Source: Candidatus Makana argininalis (GTDB lineage Bacteria; Pseudomonadota; Gammaproteobacteria; Enterobacterales; Enterobacteriaceae). From it: a DNA stretch of 64,000 bases. The position numbers and the translations under genes are program-made. Below are positions 42,419-53,759 of the stretch, in pieces (position 1 is the stretch's first letter; each line of letters opens with the position of its first letter). Location of the stretch: assembly GCA_044442785.1 (NCBI GenBank), contig JBISJT010000001.1, positions 48,831-112,830 of the forward strand, in the 5' to 3' direction. The notes beneath the pieces are model-generated. The model did not search any database, was not told the DNA's origin, and was given only the letters and a program-made list of their open reading frames with translations.

Positions 42419-43324
42419 ATGATAAATATTAAAGATACTATAATATATCTTAATACAATACAAGATTTTATTGTATGGACATTAGATAAATTTAATTCTA
42501 ATAACTTATACTATGGACATGGGACAAACAATGTATTAGATGAATCTTTACATTTAATTATGAATAGTTTATTAATTCCTATTAATTTAGGAAAAAATAT
42601 TTATAAATTAAACCTAACATTACAAGAACGTACTTTAATTATTCAAAGAGTTGTTAAAAGAATTAATAAAAAAATTCCTGTTTCATATTTAACTAATAAA
42701 TCATATTTTTGTGGTTTAGAATTTTATATAGATAATCGTGTTTTTATACCGAGATCACCTATTGGTGAAATTATTATTAATAAATTTAATAAAATTAAAA
42801 ATCCTAAAAATATATTAGATATGTGTACAGGCAGTGGTTGTATAGCTATTTCTTGTGCTTATGTGTATCCTGAAGCAAAAATTGATGCAGTTGATATTTC
42901 TTTAAATGCTTTATCAGTTGCTAAAAAAAATATAAAAATACATGGAATGCAAAACAGAATAAATACTATTTGTTCTGATTTATTTGAAAATATTAATAAG
43001 AAAAATATTTACGATTTAATAATAACTAACCCACCATATTTAAATAATAAGGAATTTAATAACTTACCTTTAGAATTTACTCATGAACCATTAATTAGCT
43101 TATATTCTGATATAAATGGTTTCAAGTGTATAAAAACTATTTTACTATTTTCTTTTATATTTTTGTCAAAAGATGGAATTCTTATTTGTGAAGTTGGAAA
43201 TAATATAATAAATATTATTAATATTTATCCAAAATTACCATTTAGATGGTTAAAATTCAAAAAAGGAGGATATGGGGTTTTTCTGTTATATAAAAAATAT
43301 TTAAATTTTGATAAATATTTTTAA
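42419..43324 (+). CDS. prmB: 50S ribosomal protein L3 glutamine methyltransferase
   Basis: 301 aa (E. coli 310). SAM motif DMCTGSGCIAI and catalytic NPPY. Confidence 0.85.
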   Translation: MINIKDTIIYLNTIQDFIVWTLDKFNSNNLYYGHGTNNVLDESLHLIMNSLLIPINLGKNIYKLNLTLQERTLIIQRVVKRINKKIPVSYLTNKSYFCGLEFYIDNRVFIPRSPIGEIIINKFNKIKNPKNILDMCTGSGCIAISCAYVYPEAKIDAVDISLNALSVAKKNIKIHGMQNRINTICSDLFENINKKNIYDLIITNPPYLNNKEFNNLPLEFTHEPLISLYSDINGFKCIKTILLFSFIFLSKDGILICEVGNNIINIINIYPKLPFRWLKFKKGGYGVFLLYKKYLNFDKYF

Positions 43325-43388
43325 ATTATTATTATTAAATTTAATTTAATTTTTATAAATTTTTTTTAAAATAAATAATGAGTTATTT

Positions 43389-44525
43389 ATGTTATTAAAT
43401 AAAAAAAAAGTAATAGTAGGAATGTCTGGAGGAGTTGATTCTTCTGTTTCCGCTTTTCTTCTAAAAAAAAAAGGATATTTAGTAGAAGGTTTGTTTATGA
43501 AAAATTGGTATGGAGATAATAATGAAAATTATTGTAATACTTATAAAGATTTATCAGATGTAAAACATGTATGTTGTCAACTTAAAATAAAATTACATAC
43601 TGCTAATTTTTCTTGTTATTATTGGAATAATGTTTTTATTAAATTCATAAAATTATATAATAATGGAATTACCCCAAATCCAGATATTTTGTGTAACAAA
43701 GAAATAAAATTTAATATTTTTTTAAAATTTGCAATAAAAAAATTAGGAGCTGATTTTATAGCTACAGGTCATTATGTAAGAAAATATATTAATAATAATA
43801 ATATTTATTTATTAAAAGGTAAAGATGAAAAGAAAGATCAAAGTTATTTTTTATATACTATAGGAAATAAAATTAATTATTGTTTATTCCCTTTAGGTTA
43901 TTTTAATAAAAAAAAAATTAGAAAAATAGCCCAAAAATTAGGTTTAATAAATTCACATAAAAAAGATTCCACAGGGATTTGTTTTATAGGTAAAAGAAAA
44001 TTTAGCAAGTTTATAAGTAAATATTTATGTAATAAACCTGGATTAATTATTTCAGATAAAAATAAAAAATTAGGAATGCATAATGGATTAATTTACTATA
44101 CATTAGGTCAAAGAAAAGGAATTGGAATTGGAGGTGTAAAAAATCTTAATCAAAACCCTTGGTATGTAATAGAAAAAAATATTAAAAATAATAATCTTAT
44201 TGTTTCTCAAAAAAAAAATCATCCAAAAATAATGTCTATTGGAATTATAGTTAAAAATATACATTGGGTAAATAAAAAAGAAATTAAAAATTTTTTTTTT
44301 TGTAAAGTAAAAATAAGATATCGTCAAAAAGATATATCTTGTTTTGTAAAAAAAAAAAATGAAAAAAAATTAAATGTAATATTTGATTACCCAATATGAG
44401 CTGTAACACCAGGACAATCTGCTGTTTTTTATTTATCTGATATATGTTTAGGTGGTGGTATTATTAAAAATATTATCACTTTATCAAGTTATAATAATTT
44501 GATTGTTAAAAAATATTTTAAATGA
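43389..44525 (+). pseudogene. mnmA: tRNA 2-thiouridine(34) synthase MnmA with one in-frame TGA (44397-44399); the conserved C-terminus continues in the same frame
   Basis: 336 aa match E. coli MnmA throughout (VIVGMSGGVDSSVSA, NPDILCN.EIKF, DQSYFLY, DSTGICFIG). After the TGA the same frame reads [22 protein letters not shown], versus E. coli [22 protein letters not shown]. Confidence 0.8.
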
Positions 44526-44560
44526 TGTAAATTATTTTATTTATTAATGTTTTAATATTA

Positions 44561-44633
44561 CAGGGGCGAAGAGATTTGAACTCCTAACTATCGGTTTTGG
44601 AGACCGGTGCTCTACCATTTGAACTACGCCCCT
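44561..44633 (-). tRNA. trpT: tRNA-Trp (CCA)
   Basis: Reverse complement AGGGGCGTAGTTCAAATGGTAGAGCACCGGTCTCCAAAACCGATAGTTAGGAGTTCAAATCTCTTCGCCCCTG resembles E. coli tRNA-Trp. The anticodon is CCA and the D-stem G24 is retained. Confidence 0.9.
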
Positions 44634-44806
44634 AATTTTTATATTAATTTAATAATAAAACATATTTTTTTTTTTTACAACTACTAAATTGTTAAAATTA
44701 TATCTTATATATATATAAAAATTTATATTAATATTTCACTTTCTAATACATTAAATCAGTAAAAAAAAAAAATTTAATTTTAATAATATAAATTATGTTT
44801 AAAAAT

Positions 44807-46444
44807 TTATAAATATTTTTTATAAAAATTAATTAAATTATTTTTATTTGAATTATTGTTGATATTATTTTTATCATTTATTTTTTTAAAAATTTTAGTA
44901 GATAATTTTTTACCTAATTCAACCCCCCATTGATCAAAACTATAAATATTAAATAATACACCCTGGGTAAAAATTTTATGCTCATAAAGTGCTATTAAAG
45001 CCCCTAAATTATAAGGATTTATTTCACTTAATAAAATTGAATTAGTAGGTCTATTACCTTTAAAATATTTAAATTTTGATAAATTTAAATTTATTTTATT
45101 TTCTTTATTAATATTTTTATTTTTTTTAATATCTAATTTATTACCAAATGCAAGAGCTTTTGTTTGAGCAAAAAAGTTAGATAATAATCTAATATGATGT
45201 TTAGAAATATTATTATGACTTAAAACAGGAGCGATAAAATCACAAGGTACTATTTTTGTACCCTGATGAATAAGCTGATAAAATGAATGTTGTCCATTAG
45301 TTCCGGGTTCACCCCATATTATAGGACCTGTTTGATAATTTAAAAAATTTCCATTTCTATCAGTATATTTTCCATTTGATTCCATGTTTACTTGTTGAAA
45401 ATAAGAAGAAAATCTATACATATATTGATCATATGGTAAAATAGCTTCTGTTTCATAATTATAAAAATTATTATACCAAATTCCTATTAAAGCTAAAATT
45501 ACAGGTATGTTTTCATCAAATTTTGTATTTAAAAAATGGATATCCATATCATGAGCGCCATTTAATATTTTTTCAAAATTTTCAAAACCAATCGATAATG
45601 CAATAGATAAACCTATTGACGACCATATAGAATAACGTCCACCAACCCAATCCCAAATTTCAAACATATTTTTTGTATCAATACCAAATTCATTTACTAA
45701 TTTTTTATTTGTAGATAATGCAATAAAATGTTTTATAATATATTTTTTTTTAATAGCAAAACTCATAAACCAACAAATAGCACTTTTGGCATTATTCATG
45801 GTTTCTTCAGTTGTAAATGTTTTAGAAGCTATTATAAAAATAGTTGTTTCAGGGTTAATATATTTTATAACTTCGATAAAATTAGTACCATCTATATTAG
45901 AAATATAATGAATATTAAGATGGTTTTTATAATATTTTAAAGACTCATTAACCATATATGGACCTAAATATGAACCCCCGATTCCAATATTTACTATATC
46001 TGTAATTGATTTATTTGTATATCCTTTCCAATTTCCAACAATTACATTATTACAAAATTTTTTCATTTTATATAAAATTGAATTTACATCTATCATAATA
46101 TTTTTATTATTTATATTAATCGGAATATTATAACGATTACGTAATGCTATATGTAATACTGCACGATTTTCAGTTTTATTTATATATTTTCCTTTAAACA
46201 TTAATAAAATTGATTCTTTTAAATAACATTCATTTGATAAATTGATTAAAATTTTTAATGTTTTTTCTGTAATATAATTTTTTGAATAATCTATCAAAAT
46301 TTTATTTTTAAAAATTTTAGAAAAATTAAAAAATCTTTTTTTATCTTTTAAAAATAAATCTTTAATATTAATATTTTTCATATATTTAAAATGATTATTT
46401 AATTTTTTCCAAGAAATTGTATTAATGGGGTTAATATTTTTCAT
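44807..46444 (-). CDS. pgi: glucose-6-phosphate isomerase
   Basis: 545 aa (E. coli 549). Contains [18 protein letters not shown] and [15 protein letters not shown]. Confidence 0.95.
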   Translation of the reverse strand: MKNINPINTISWKKLNNHFKYMKNINIKDLFLKDKKRFFNFSKIFKNKILIDYSKNYITEKTLKILINLSNECYLKESILLMFKGKYINKTENRAVLHIALRNRYNIPININNKNIMIDVNSILYKMKKFCNNVIVGNWKGYTNKSITDIVNIGIGGSYLGPYMVNESLKYYKNHLNIHYISNIDGTNFIEVIKYINPETTIFIIASKTFTTEETMNNAKSAICWFMSFAIKKKYIIKHFIALSTNKKLVNEFGIDTKNMFEIWDWVGGRYSIWSSIGLSIALSIGFENFEKILNGAHDMDIHFLNTKFDENIPVILALIGIWYNNFYNYETEAILPYDQYMYRFSSYFQQVNMESNGKYTDRNGNFLNYQTGPIIWGEPGTNGQHSFYQLIHQGTKIVPCDFIAPVLSHNNISKHHIRLLSNFFAQTKALAFGNKLDIKKNKNINKENKINLNLSKFKYFKGNRPTNSILLSEINPYNLGALIALYEHKIFTQGVLFNIYSFDQWGVELGKKLSTKIFKKINDKNNINNNSNKNNLINFYKKYL

Positions 46445-46606
46445 ATTAAATCTCTTTTTTTATATTAAATAAATTTAAAAAAATATTATTACTTAAAATC
46501 AAATATTTATAAAAAAATAATTAAATAAAATTTATATAGTTATATGATTTATAATTTTTTTTAAAATATTTAAAATATTAAAAATTATGTTATAATAAAA
46601 TTATAT

Positions 46607-46680
46607 GGTGATTGTAGCTCAGTTGGAAGAGCCCTGGATTGTGATTCCAGTAGTCATGGGTTCGAATCCCATCAATCACC
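46607..46680 (+). tRNA. hisR: tRNA-His (GUG) with encoded G-1
   Basis: GGTGATTGTAGCTCAGTTGGAAGAGCCCTGGATTGTGATTCCAGTAGTCATGGGTTCGAATCCCATCAATCACC resembles E. coli hisR. Confidence 0.9.
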
Positions 46681-46703
46681 CATATATAAATATTATTTTT
46701 TCT

Positions 46704-46777
46704 CGGCGAGTAGCGCAGCTTGGTAGCGCAACTGGTTTGGGACCAGTAGGTCGGAGGTTCAAATCCTCTCTCGCCGA
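46704..46777 (+). tRNA. proM: tRNA-Pro (UGG)
   Basis: CGGCGAGTAGCGCAGCTTGGTAGCGCAACTGGTTTGGGACCAGTAGGTCGGAGGTTCAAATCCTCTCTCGCCGA. Confidence 0.9.
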
Positions 46778-46831
46778 TAATTCTTAAAAATATAAATTTA
46801 TTTAATTAAATTAATTTTTTAATAAATTCTT

Positions 46832-47278
46832 TTAAGATATAATATTAACATTAAAATTGATTATTACTGCTTTGCTTATTTTTATTTTTATTTTATGTTT
46901 TCCAATATTTCTTAATACACCATTAGGTAAAATTATATCATTTTTTTTAATATTTATACCTTTTTTAATTATTTCTTCAGATATATCTTTAGATCTTATT
47001 GATCCAAATAGTTTACCTTCTGATCCTGATTTCGCTTTAATAATTATTTTTTTTAAATTATTTATTTTAAATAATTTTTCTTTATTATAATTTTCTAATA
47101 TTTCTTTATTGTTTTTTAATTTGTCTTTTATCTGTGAAAAATATTTAGAATTTTTTTGATTACATTGAATAGCCTTTCCAAACGGAAATAAATAATTTCT
47201 AGCATATCCAGATTTTACATTAATTTTTTTACCTAATGATCCTAATTTTTTAACTTCACTTATAAGAATAACATTCAT
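46832..47278 (-). CDS. rplI: 50S ribosomal protein L9
   Basis: 148 aa. MNVILISEVKKLGSLGKKINVKSGYARNYL matches the L9 N-terminus. Confidence 0.95.
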   Translation of the reverse strand: MNVILISEVKKLGSLGKKINVKSGYARNYLFPFGKAIQCNQKNSKYFSQIKDKLKNNKEILENYNKEKLFKINNLKKIIIKAKSGSEGKLFGSIRSKDISEEIIKKGINIKKNDIILPNGVLRNIGKHKIKIKISKAVIINFNVNIIS

Positions 47279-47311
47279 TTTATTTTCCTAATTTATATAA
47301 TAAAATTTATT

Positions 47312-47542
47312 CTATAAACTATGATTATCATTATATGGTAATAATGAAAGATATCTAGCTATTTTAATAGCTTTAGAAAGTTGACGTTGGTATTTTGATT
47401 TTGTACCTGTAATTCTTTTTGGAATTATTTTACCACTTTCAGTTATATACTTTTTAAGTGTATTTATATCTTTATAATCAATAAAATCAATTTTTTCTGC
47501 AGTAAATCGACAAAATTTACGTCTTCTAAAATATTTTATCAT
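47312..47542 (-). CDS. rpsR: 30S ribosomal protein S18
   Basis: 76 aa. Contains [17 protein letters not shown] and ITGT..KYQRQL..AIK.AR.L.LLPY. Confidence 0.95.
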   Translation of the reverse strand: MIKYFRRRKFCRFTAEKIDFIDYKDINTLKKYITESGKIIPKRITGTKSKYQRQLSKAIKIARYLSLLPYNDNHSL

Positions 47543-47604
47543 AATAAAACCTATTGAGTAATTTATTTTTAAAAAATTTAAAAAAATATTTAAAAATATT
47601 TAAT

Positions 47605-47949
47605 TTATTTTTTTTTAAATTTTTTTTCTTCTTTAAATTTCATTATATAAGAATTTTCTTTAATTATATTTTTAACTTTTAAAATAAAAATTCTAATAAT
47701 TAATTCATTAAATTTAATAATATTTTTTATTTTTTCTAAATTTTCAAAATTAATTTCTACGTTTATTAAAAAATAATAAGCTTTTATTTCTTTATTAATA
47801 CTATAAGATAAATTACGACACCCCCAATATTCTTTTCTATGAATTAAACCTGAATGTTTTTTAATAAAATCAGTAAATTTTTTAACAATATTTAAAATTT
47901 TTTCTATTTTATCAGGATTAAAAATAAGTACTATTTCATAATTTAACAA
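47605..47949 (-). CDS. rpsF: 30S ribosomal protein S6 (TTG start)
   Basis: 114 aa. (M)LNYEIVLIFNPD versus E. coli MRHYEIVFMVHPD. AAGGAG lies 9 nt upstream of the TTG. Confidence 0.9.
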   Translation of the reverse strand: MLNYEIVLIFNPDKIEKILNIVKKFTDFIKKHSGLIHRKEYWGCRNLSYSINKEIKAYYFLINVEINFENLEKIKNIIKFNELIIRIFILKVKNIIKENSYIMKFKEEKKFKKK

Positions 47950-48084
47950 ATAATTAATCTCCTTAATTTAAAAATGAATTAATAATAAAAATTAATTAAT
48001 TTTAATATTTATTATATAATAAATATTAAAATTAATTAATTTTTATTATTAATTCATTTTTAAATTAAGGAGATTAATTATTTG
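47947..48084. repeat. 138-bp perfect palindrome spanning the whole rpsF/ruvX spacer including both start codons
   Basis: All 69 base pairs (i with 96031-i) were checked individually. The first mismatch is at 47946/48085. Confidence 0.95.
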
Positions 48085-48503
48085 ACATATAAAAATATAA
48101 TATCATTTGATTTTGGGACAAAAAATATTGGAGTCGCTATAGGTCAATTTATAACTTGTACAGCTCGACCTCTTAAAGAAATCAAAAAAAAAAAAAAATT
48201 TATTGGGAAAAAATAAGTAAATTATTAGATGAATGGAAGCCATATGTGATAATAATAGGATTACCATTAAATATGGATGGAAGCGAACAAATAATAACTA
48301 ATCTTTCACGTAATTTTGCTAATAAAATTAAAATTAAATTTGGTTATAAAATTAAAATGCAAGATGAAAGATTAACTACTATAGAAGCTCGCGAAAAATT
48401 ATTTAATAAATTTGGTTATAAAGCTTTAAAAAAAACAAATTCTATTTCAGCTGTTATAATTTTAGAAAATTGGATTAAATTATATTTAAAAAAAAAAATA
48501 TAA
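48082..48503 (+). pseudogene. ruvX: Holliday junction resolvase-like / pre-16S rRNA nuclease RuvX (YqgF), frameshifted inside an A15 run
   Basis: TTG 48082 (AAGGAG 9 nt upstream) reads [38 protein letters not shown], then stops at 48214. The other frame continues [27 protein letters not shown].. to 48503. Both halves match E. coli YqgF, and one extra A in the run 48184-48198 joins them. Confidence 0.8.
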
Positions 48504-48520
48504 TAAATTGTTTATGTTTT

Positions 48521-48549
48521 ACCCCCCCTTAAAACAAAAAGAGGGGGGT
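48521..48549. terminator. G+C-rich stem-loop between convergent ruvX and groEL
   Basis: ACCCCCC(C)TT-AAAACAAAAAGA-GGGGGGT. The C/G stem of 6-7 bp is the only G+C-rich intergenic motif in the window. TTT follows on the plus strand. Confidence 0.5.
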
Positions 48550-48594
48550 TTATAATAAATAAAAAAAAAGAATAATGTATTTTTTTATTTATTA

Positions 48595-50253
<1,659 letters not shown>

Positions 50254-50288
50254 TTAAATATATTTAATTAAATATTTATTAATTAATA

Positions 50289-50582
50289 TTAATTTTCAAT
50301 AATTGCTAAAATATCACTTTCAGACATTATTAAAACTTCTTTTTCTTCTATTTTTTCAACTTTTACACCATAACCATCATTAAAAATTACCATATCACCT
50401 ATTTTTACATCCAAAGATTTTACTTTACCATTATCTAAAACACGACCTTTTCCCACAGCTAAAACTTTTCCATGAGTAGATTTTTCTGCAGCAGATCCTG
50501 TTAAAACAATTCCACCAGAAGATTTTGCTTCAATTTCTTTACGTTTTACGATAACTTTATCATGTAATGGACGTATTTTCAT
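50289..50582 (-). CDS. groES: co-chaperonin GroES
   Basis: 97 aa. Starts [14 protein letters not shown]. Confidence 0.98.
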   Translation of the reverse strand: MKIRPLHDKVIVKRKEIEAKSSGGIVLTGSAAEKSTHGKVLAVGKGRVLDNGKVKSLDVKIGDMVIFNDGYGVKVEKIEEKEVLIMSESDILAIIEN

Positions 50583-50650
50583 TTTAACCCCAAATATAAA
50601 AAAATTTCTGTAATTTTATTATTTAATTAATTAATTTTAATATAAAATAT

Positions 50651-50682
50651 ATATGGTATCTTTCATAATTGCTTCAATGGGG
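50651..50682 (-). promoter_or_regulatory. sigma32 (heat-shock) type promoter candidate for groES-groEL
   Basis: The minus strand reads CCCCATTGAAG - 14 nt - TACCATAT, about 70 nt upstream of the groES ATG. From memory, the consensus is CCCTTGAA - 13 to 15 nt - CCCCATNT. Confidence 0.45.
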
Positions 50683-50720
50683 TTAAATTTTTTTATGTTT
50701 AATATTAATTTATTATTAAA

Positions 50721-51488
50721 TTAATACTTTATTTTTATAGCAGATTTAATTATTTCTGTAAAATAATTAGGATTTAACGAAATATTTCCTATGATTAAAC
50801 CATCAATATCAGGTTGTTTAAGATAATAAGAAGCATTTGTTTGATTAACAGATCCTCCATATTGAATAACTATTTTTTTAGATATTTCTAAATCATATTT
50901 AGATATATGATATCTAATAAATTTATTTACTTTTTGTACATAATTAGGTTCTGCTGATTGACTATTTCCTATAGCCCATATAGGTTCGTATGCAATAACA
51001 GTATTATGTAATGATTCAATTCCTAATTTTTTTATTATCTTATCTATTAAATTAATACATATTTTTTCTATTTTTCCATTTTTTTTATCTTCAAGATTTT
51101 CACCTATACATATTATAGGTATAATGGATTCTTTTTTTAATATAGATAATTTTTTAATTACAATTTCATCATTCTCATTATGATTAAAACGTCTTTCTGA
51201 GTGTCCTATTATAGTATATTTAACACCTAAATCTTTTAACATTTTAGCTGATGTTTCCCCAGTAAATGAACCAAATAAATGAGTATCTACATCTTGAGAA
51301 CCTAAAATAATTTTGGATTTATATACTTTTTTTTGTACAAAATCAAGATAAACATGGGGTGGAGTAATAACTACATTACATTTTGTTTTAATTTTTTTTA
51401 AATTATTATTTAAAACAGTTATTATTTCATTAATTATATATTTTGTACCATTTAATTTCCAATTTCCAACAATTAGAGGATATCTCAT
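50721..51488 (-). CDS. tpiA: triosephosphate isomerase
   Basis: 255 aa. Contains GNWKLNG, IIGHSERR and AYEPIWAIG. Confidence 0.95.
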   Translation of the reverse strand: MRYPLIVGNWKLNGTKYIINEIITVLNNNLKKIKTKCNVVITPPHVYLDFVQKKVYKSKIILGSQDVDTHLFGSFTGETSAKMLKDLGVKYTIIGHSERRFNHNENDEIVIKKLSILKKESIIPIICIGENLEDKKNGKIEKICINLIDKIIKKLGIESLHNTVIAYEPIWAIGNSQSAEPNYVQKVNKFIRYHISKYDLEISKKIVIQYGGSVNQTNASYYLKQPDIDGLIIGNISLNPNYFTEIIKSAIKIKY

Positions 51489-51553
51489 TTTATTACCTTA
51501 ATTATTTAAAATAATAAAAAATATTTTATATTTATTAACTTTTATTTTATTAA

Positions 51554-52300
51554 TTACCAATAATTTTCTGTTGTTATATTTCCATTAACTTTAAACAAGT
51601 TTTTTTTCATACCCTTAAACTTTTCTAATATTTTTGTAGTATCTTTTATCATATCAGGGTTTCCACATAACATTACATGACTATTTTTTTTATTAATATT
51701 TAAATTTACTGAATATTCTAATATTCCATTATATATCAACAAAGGTATTCTTCCTGATATTGATTGATATACTTGTTCTCTACTTATAATTTTTTTAAAT
51801 AATAATTTATTTTTATATTTATTTTTAAGAATTTTAATTTTATTTTCATAATTAAATTCTTTATTTAAACGAACTGAATGTACTAAAATTATTTTTTCGA
51901 ATTTATTTATACCTTCTTTGTGCTTTAATATAGATAAATATGGACCTATTGCTGTACCTGTTGATATCATCCATAAATTTTTACATGATTGAATATTATT
52001 TAAAATAAAAGAACCTAAAGATTCTTTTCTCAGATAGACAATATCTCCTTTTTTTAAAATATTTAAATATTTACTAAGTTTTCCTGTCTTAATAGAAATT
52101 AAATAAAATTCTAAATGATCAGATTTAGGAGTATTTACATACGAATAAGATCTATGTATATTTTTTTTATTAATCTTTAATCTTATTTTTGTAAATTGCC
52201 CAGCGATAAAAAAATTAACAGGAGCATTTAGAATTAAAGTAAAAATATCTTCTGTCCAGTGTTTTATATTAATTACTTTACCTTTTACCCATTTATTCAT
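51554..52300 (-). CDS. fpr: ferredoxin/flavodoxin--NADP+ reductase
   Basis: 248 aa. WVKGKVINIKHWTEDIFTL..AGQFTK..RSYSYVN versus E. coli WVTGKVTKVQNWTDALFSL..AGQFTK..RAYSYVN. Confidence 0.9.
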   Translation of the reverse strand: MNKWVKGKVINIKHWTEDIFTLILNAPVNFFIAGQFTKIRLKINKKNIHRSYSYVNTPKSDHLEFYLISIKTGKLSKYLNILKKGDIVYLRKESLGSFILNNIQSCKNLWMISTGTAIGPYLSILKHKEGINKFEKIILVHSVRLNKEFNYENKIKILKNKYKNKLLFKKIISREQVYQSISGRIPLLIYNGILEYSVNLNINKKNSHVMLCGNPDMIKDTTKILEKFKGMKKNLFKVNGNITTENYW

Positions 52301-52419
52301 AAAATTTATCTCTTTATTATATTTTAAATTTTATAATTTAATTTAAAATAAATACTTATAATTTATTAATATTAAAAATATATTTCATACATAATATAAT
52401 TATTTATTTTTCGATTAAA

Positions 52420-53748
52420 TTAAAGTATAAATTTACTCAAATCTTCTTTTAAAGTTAACTTATTTAAGTTATTAATTACATATAATTTATTTATAGAGAT
52501 ATTTTTTCCTTGATATTTAATTAAATTATAAGATATATCTTCCATTAAAGTTTCTATTACAGTATGAAGACGTCTTGCTCCTATATTTTCTGTATTTTCA
52601 TTTATTTTCCATGCATATTCAGCTATACATTTTATTCCATCTTTAGTAAAATTAATATTTATTCCATCAGTCTTCATTAATTCAATATATTGATTAGTAA
52701 TAGATGAGTTAGGTTCTATTAAAATTCTTTCAAAATCTTTGGATGATAACATATCTAATTCTACTTTAATTGGTAATCGTCCTTGTAATTCAGGTATAAG
52801 ATCTGAAGGACTTGAAATTTGAAAAGCACCAGATGCAATAAATAAAATATAATCTGTTTTTACCATTCCATGTTTTGTAGATACTGTGCAACCTTCAAGT
52901 AAAGGTAAAAGATCTCTTTGAACACCTTCTCTAGAAATATCTGGACCGTAAGATTCACCAATCTTACATATTTTGTCTATTTCATCAATAAATACAATGC
53001 CATTTTGTTCTACATATTCAATTGTTTTTTCTTTAATGTTTTCAGGATTTAATAATTTATTAGATTCTTCTTCTGTTAATAATATTAAAGCTTCTTTTAT
53101 TTTTATTTTTCTTATTTTTTTTTTATTTCCAGAAATATTTTTAAACATTAATTGTAATTGATTTGTCATTTCTTCCATTCCTGGTGGTGCCATAATTTCC
53201 AAACCCATAGATGAAGATAAATTTATTTCTATTTCTTTATCATTTAATTTACCTTTACGTAAATTTTCTCTAATTTTTTTTCTAGTATTTTTATAATTTT
53301 CAGTATTCTCTTTTGTTTTATTAAAATTTACAGGATATGGTATAATTACATCTAAAATACGATCTTCTGCAAGTAATTTTGCATTTAATTTATTTTTTTT
53401 AATATATTTATTTTTAATCATCTTAAAAGATGTATCAGTTAAATCTCTTATTATTGAATCAACTTCTTTTCCAACATACCCTACTTCAGTAAATTTAGTA
53501 GCTTCAACTTTAATAAAAGGAGCTTTAGATAATGTAGCTAATCTTCTTGAAATTTCAGTTTTACCAACACCTGTTGGTCCTATCATTAATATATTTTTTG
53601 GTGTTATTTCATTTCTTAATTTTTTTTCAACTTTCATTCTTCTCCAACGATTTCTTAATGCTATTGCAACTGCTTTTTTTGCTTTTTTTTGACCTATAAT
53701 ATAACAATCTAATGATTTTACTATTTCCATAGGTGTCATTTCAGACAT
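52420..53748 (-). CDS. hslU: ATP-dependent protease ATPase subunit HslU
   Basis: 442 aa. Contains [28 protein letters not shown] and [10 protein letters not shown]. Confidence 0.95.
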   Translation of the reverse strand: MSEMTPMEIVKSLDCYIIGQKKAKKAVAIALRNRWRRMKVEKKLRNEITPKNILMIGPTGVGKTEISRRLATLSKAPFIKVEATKFTEVGYVGKEVDSIIRDLTDTSFKMIKNKYIKKNKLNAKLLAEDRILDVIIPYPVNFNKTKENTENYKNTRKKIRENLRKGKLNDKEIEINLSSSMGLEIMAPPGMEEMTNQLQLMFKNISGNKKKIRKIKIKEALILLTEEESNKLLNPENIKEKTIEYVEQNGIVFIDEIDKICKIGESYGPDISREGVQRDLLPLLEGCTVSTKHGMVKTDYILFIASGAFQISSPSDLIPELQGRLPIKVELDMLSSKDFERILIEPNSSITNQYIELMKTDGININFTKDGIKCIAEYAWKINENTENIGARRLHTVIETLMEDISYNLIKYQGKNISINKLYVINNLNKLTLKEDLSKFIL

Positions 53749-53759
53749 GTTTATTATCC

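Noticed and set aside
46605-46787. 60-aa ORF on the plus strand
   Set aside because: It lies entirely over tRNA-His and tRNA-Pro. Its G+C-rich codons are simply the tRNA sequences.
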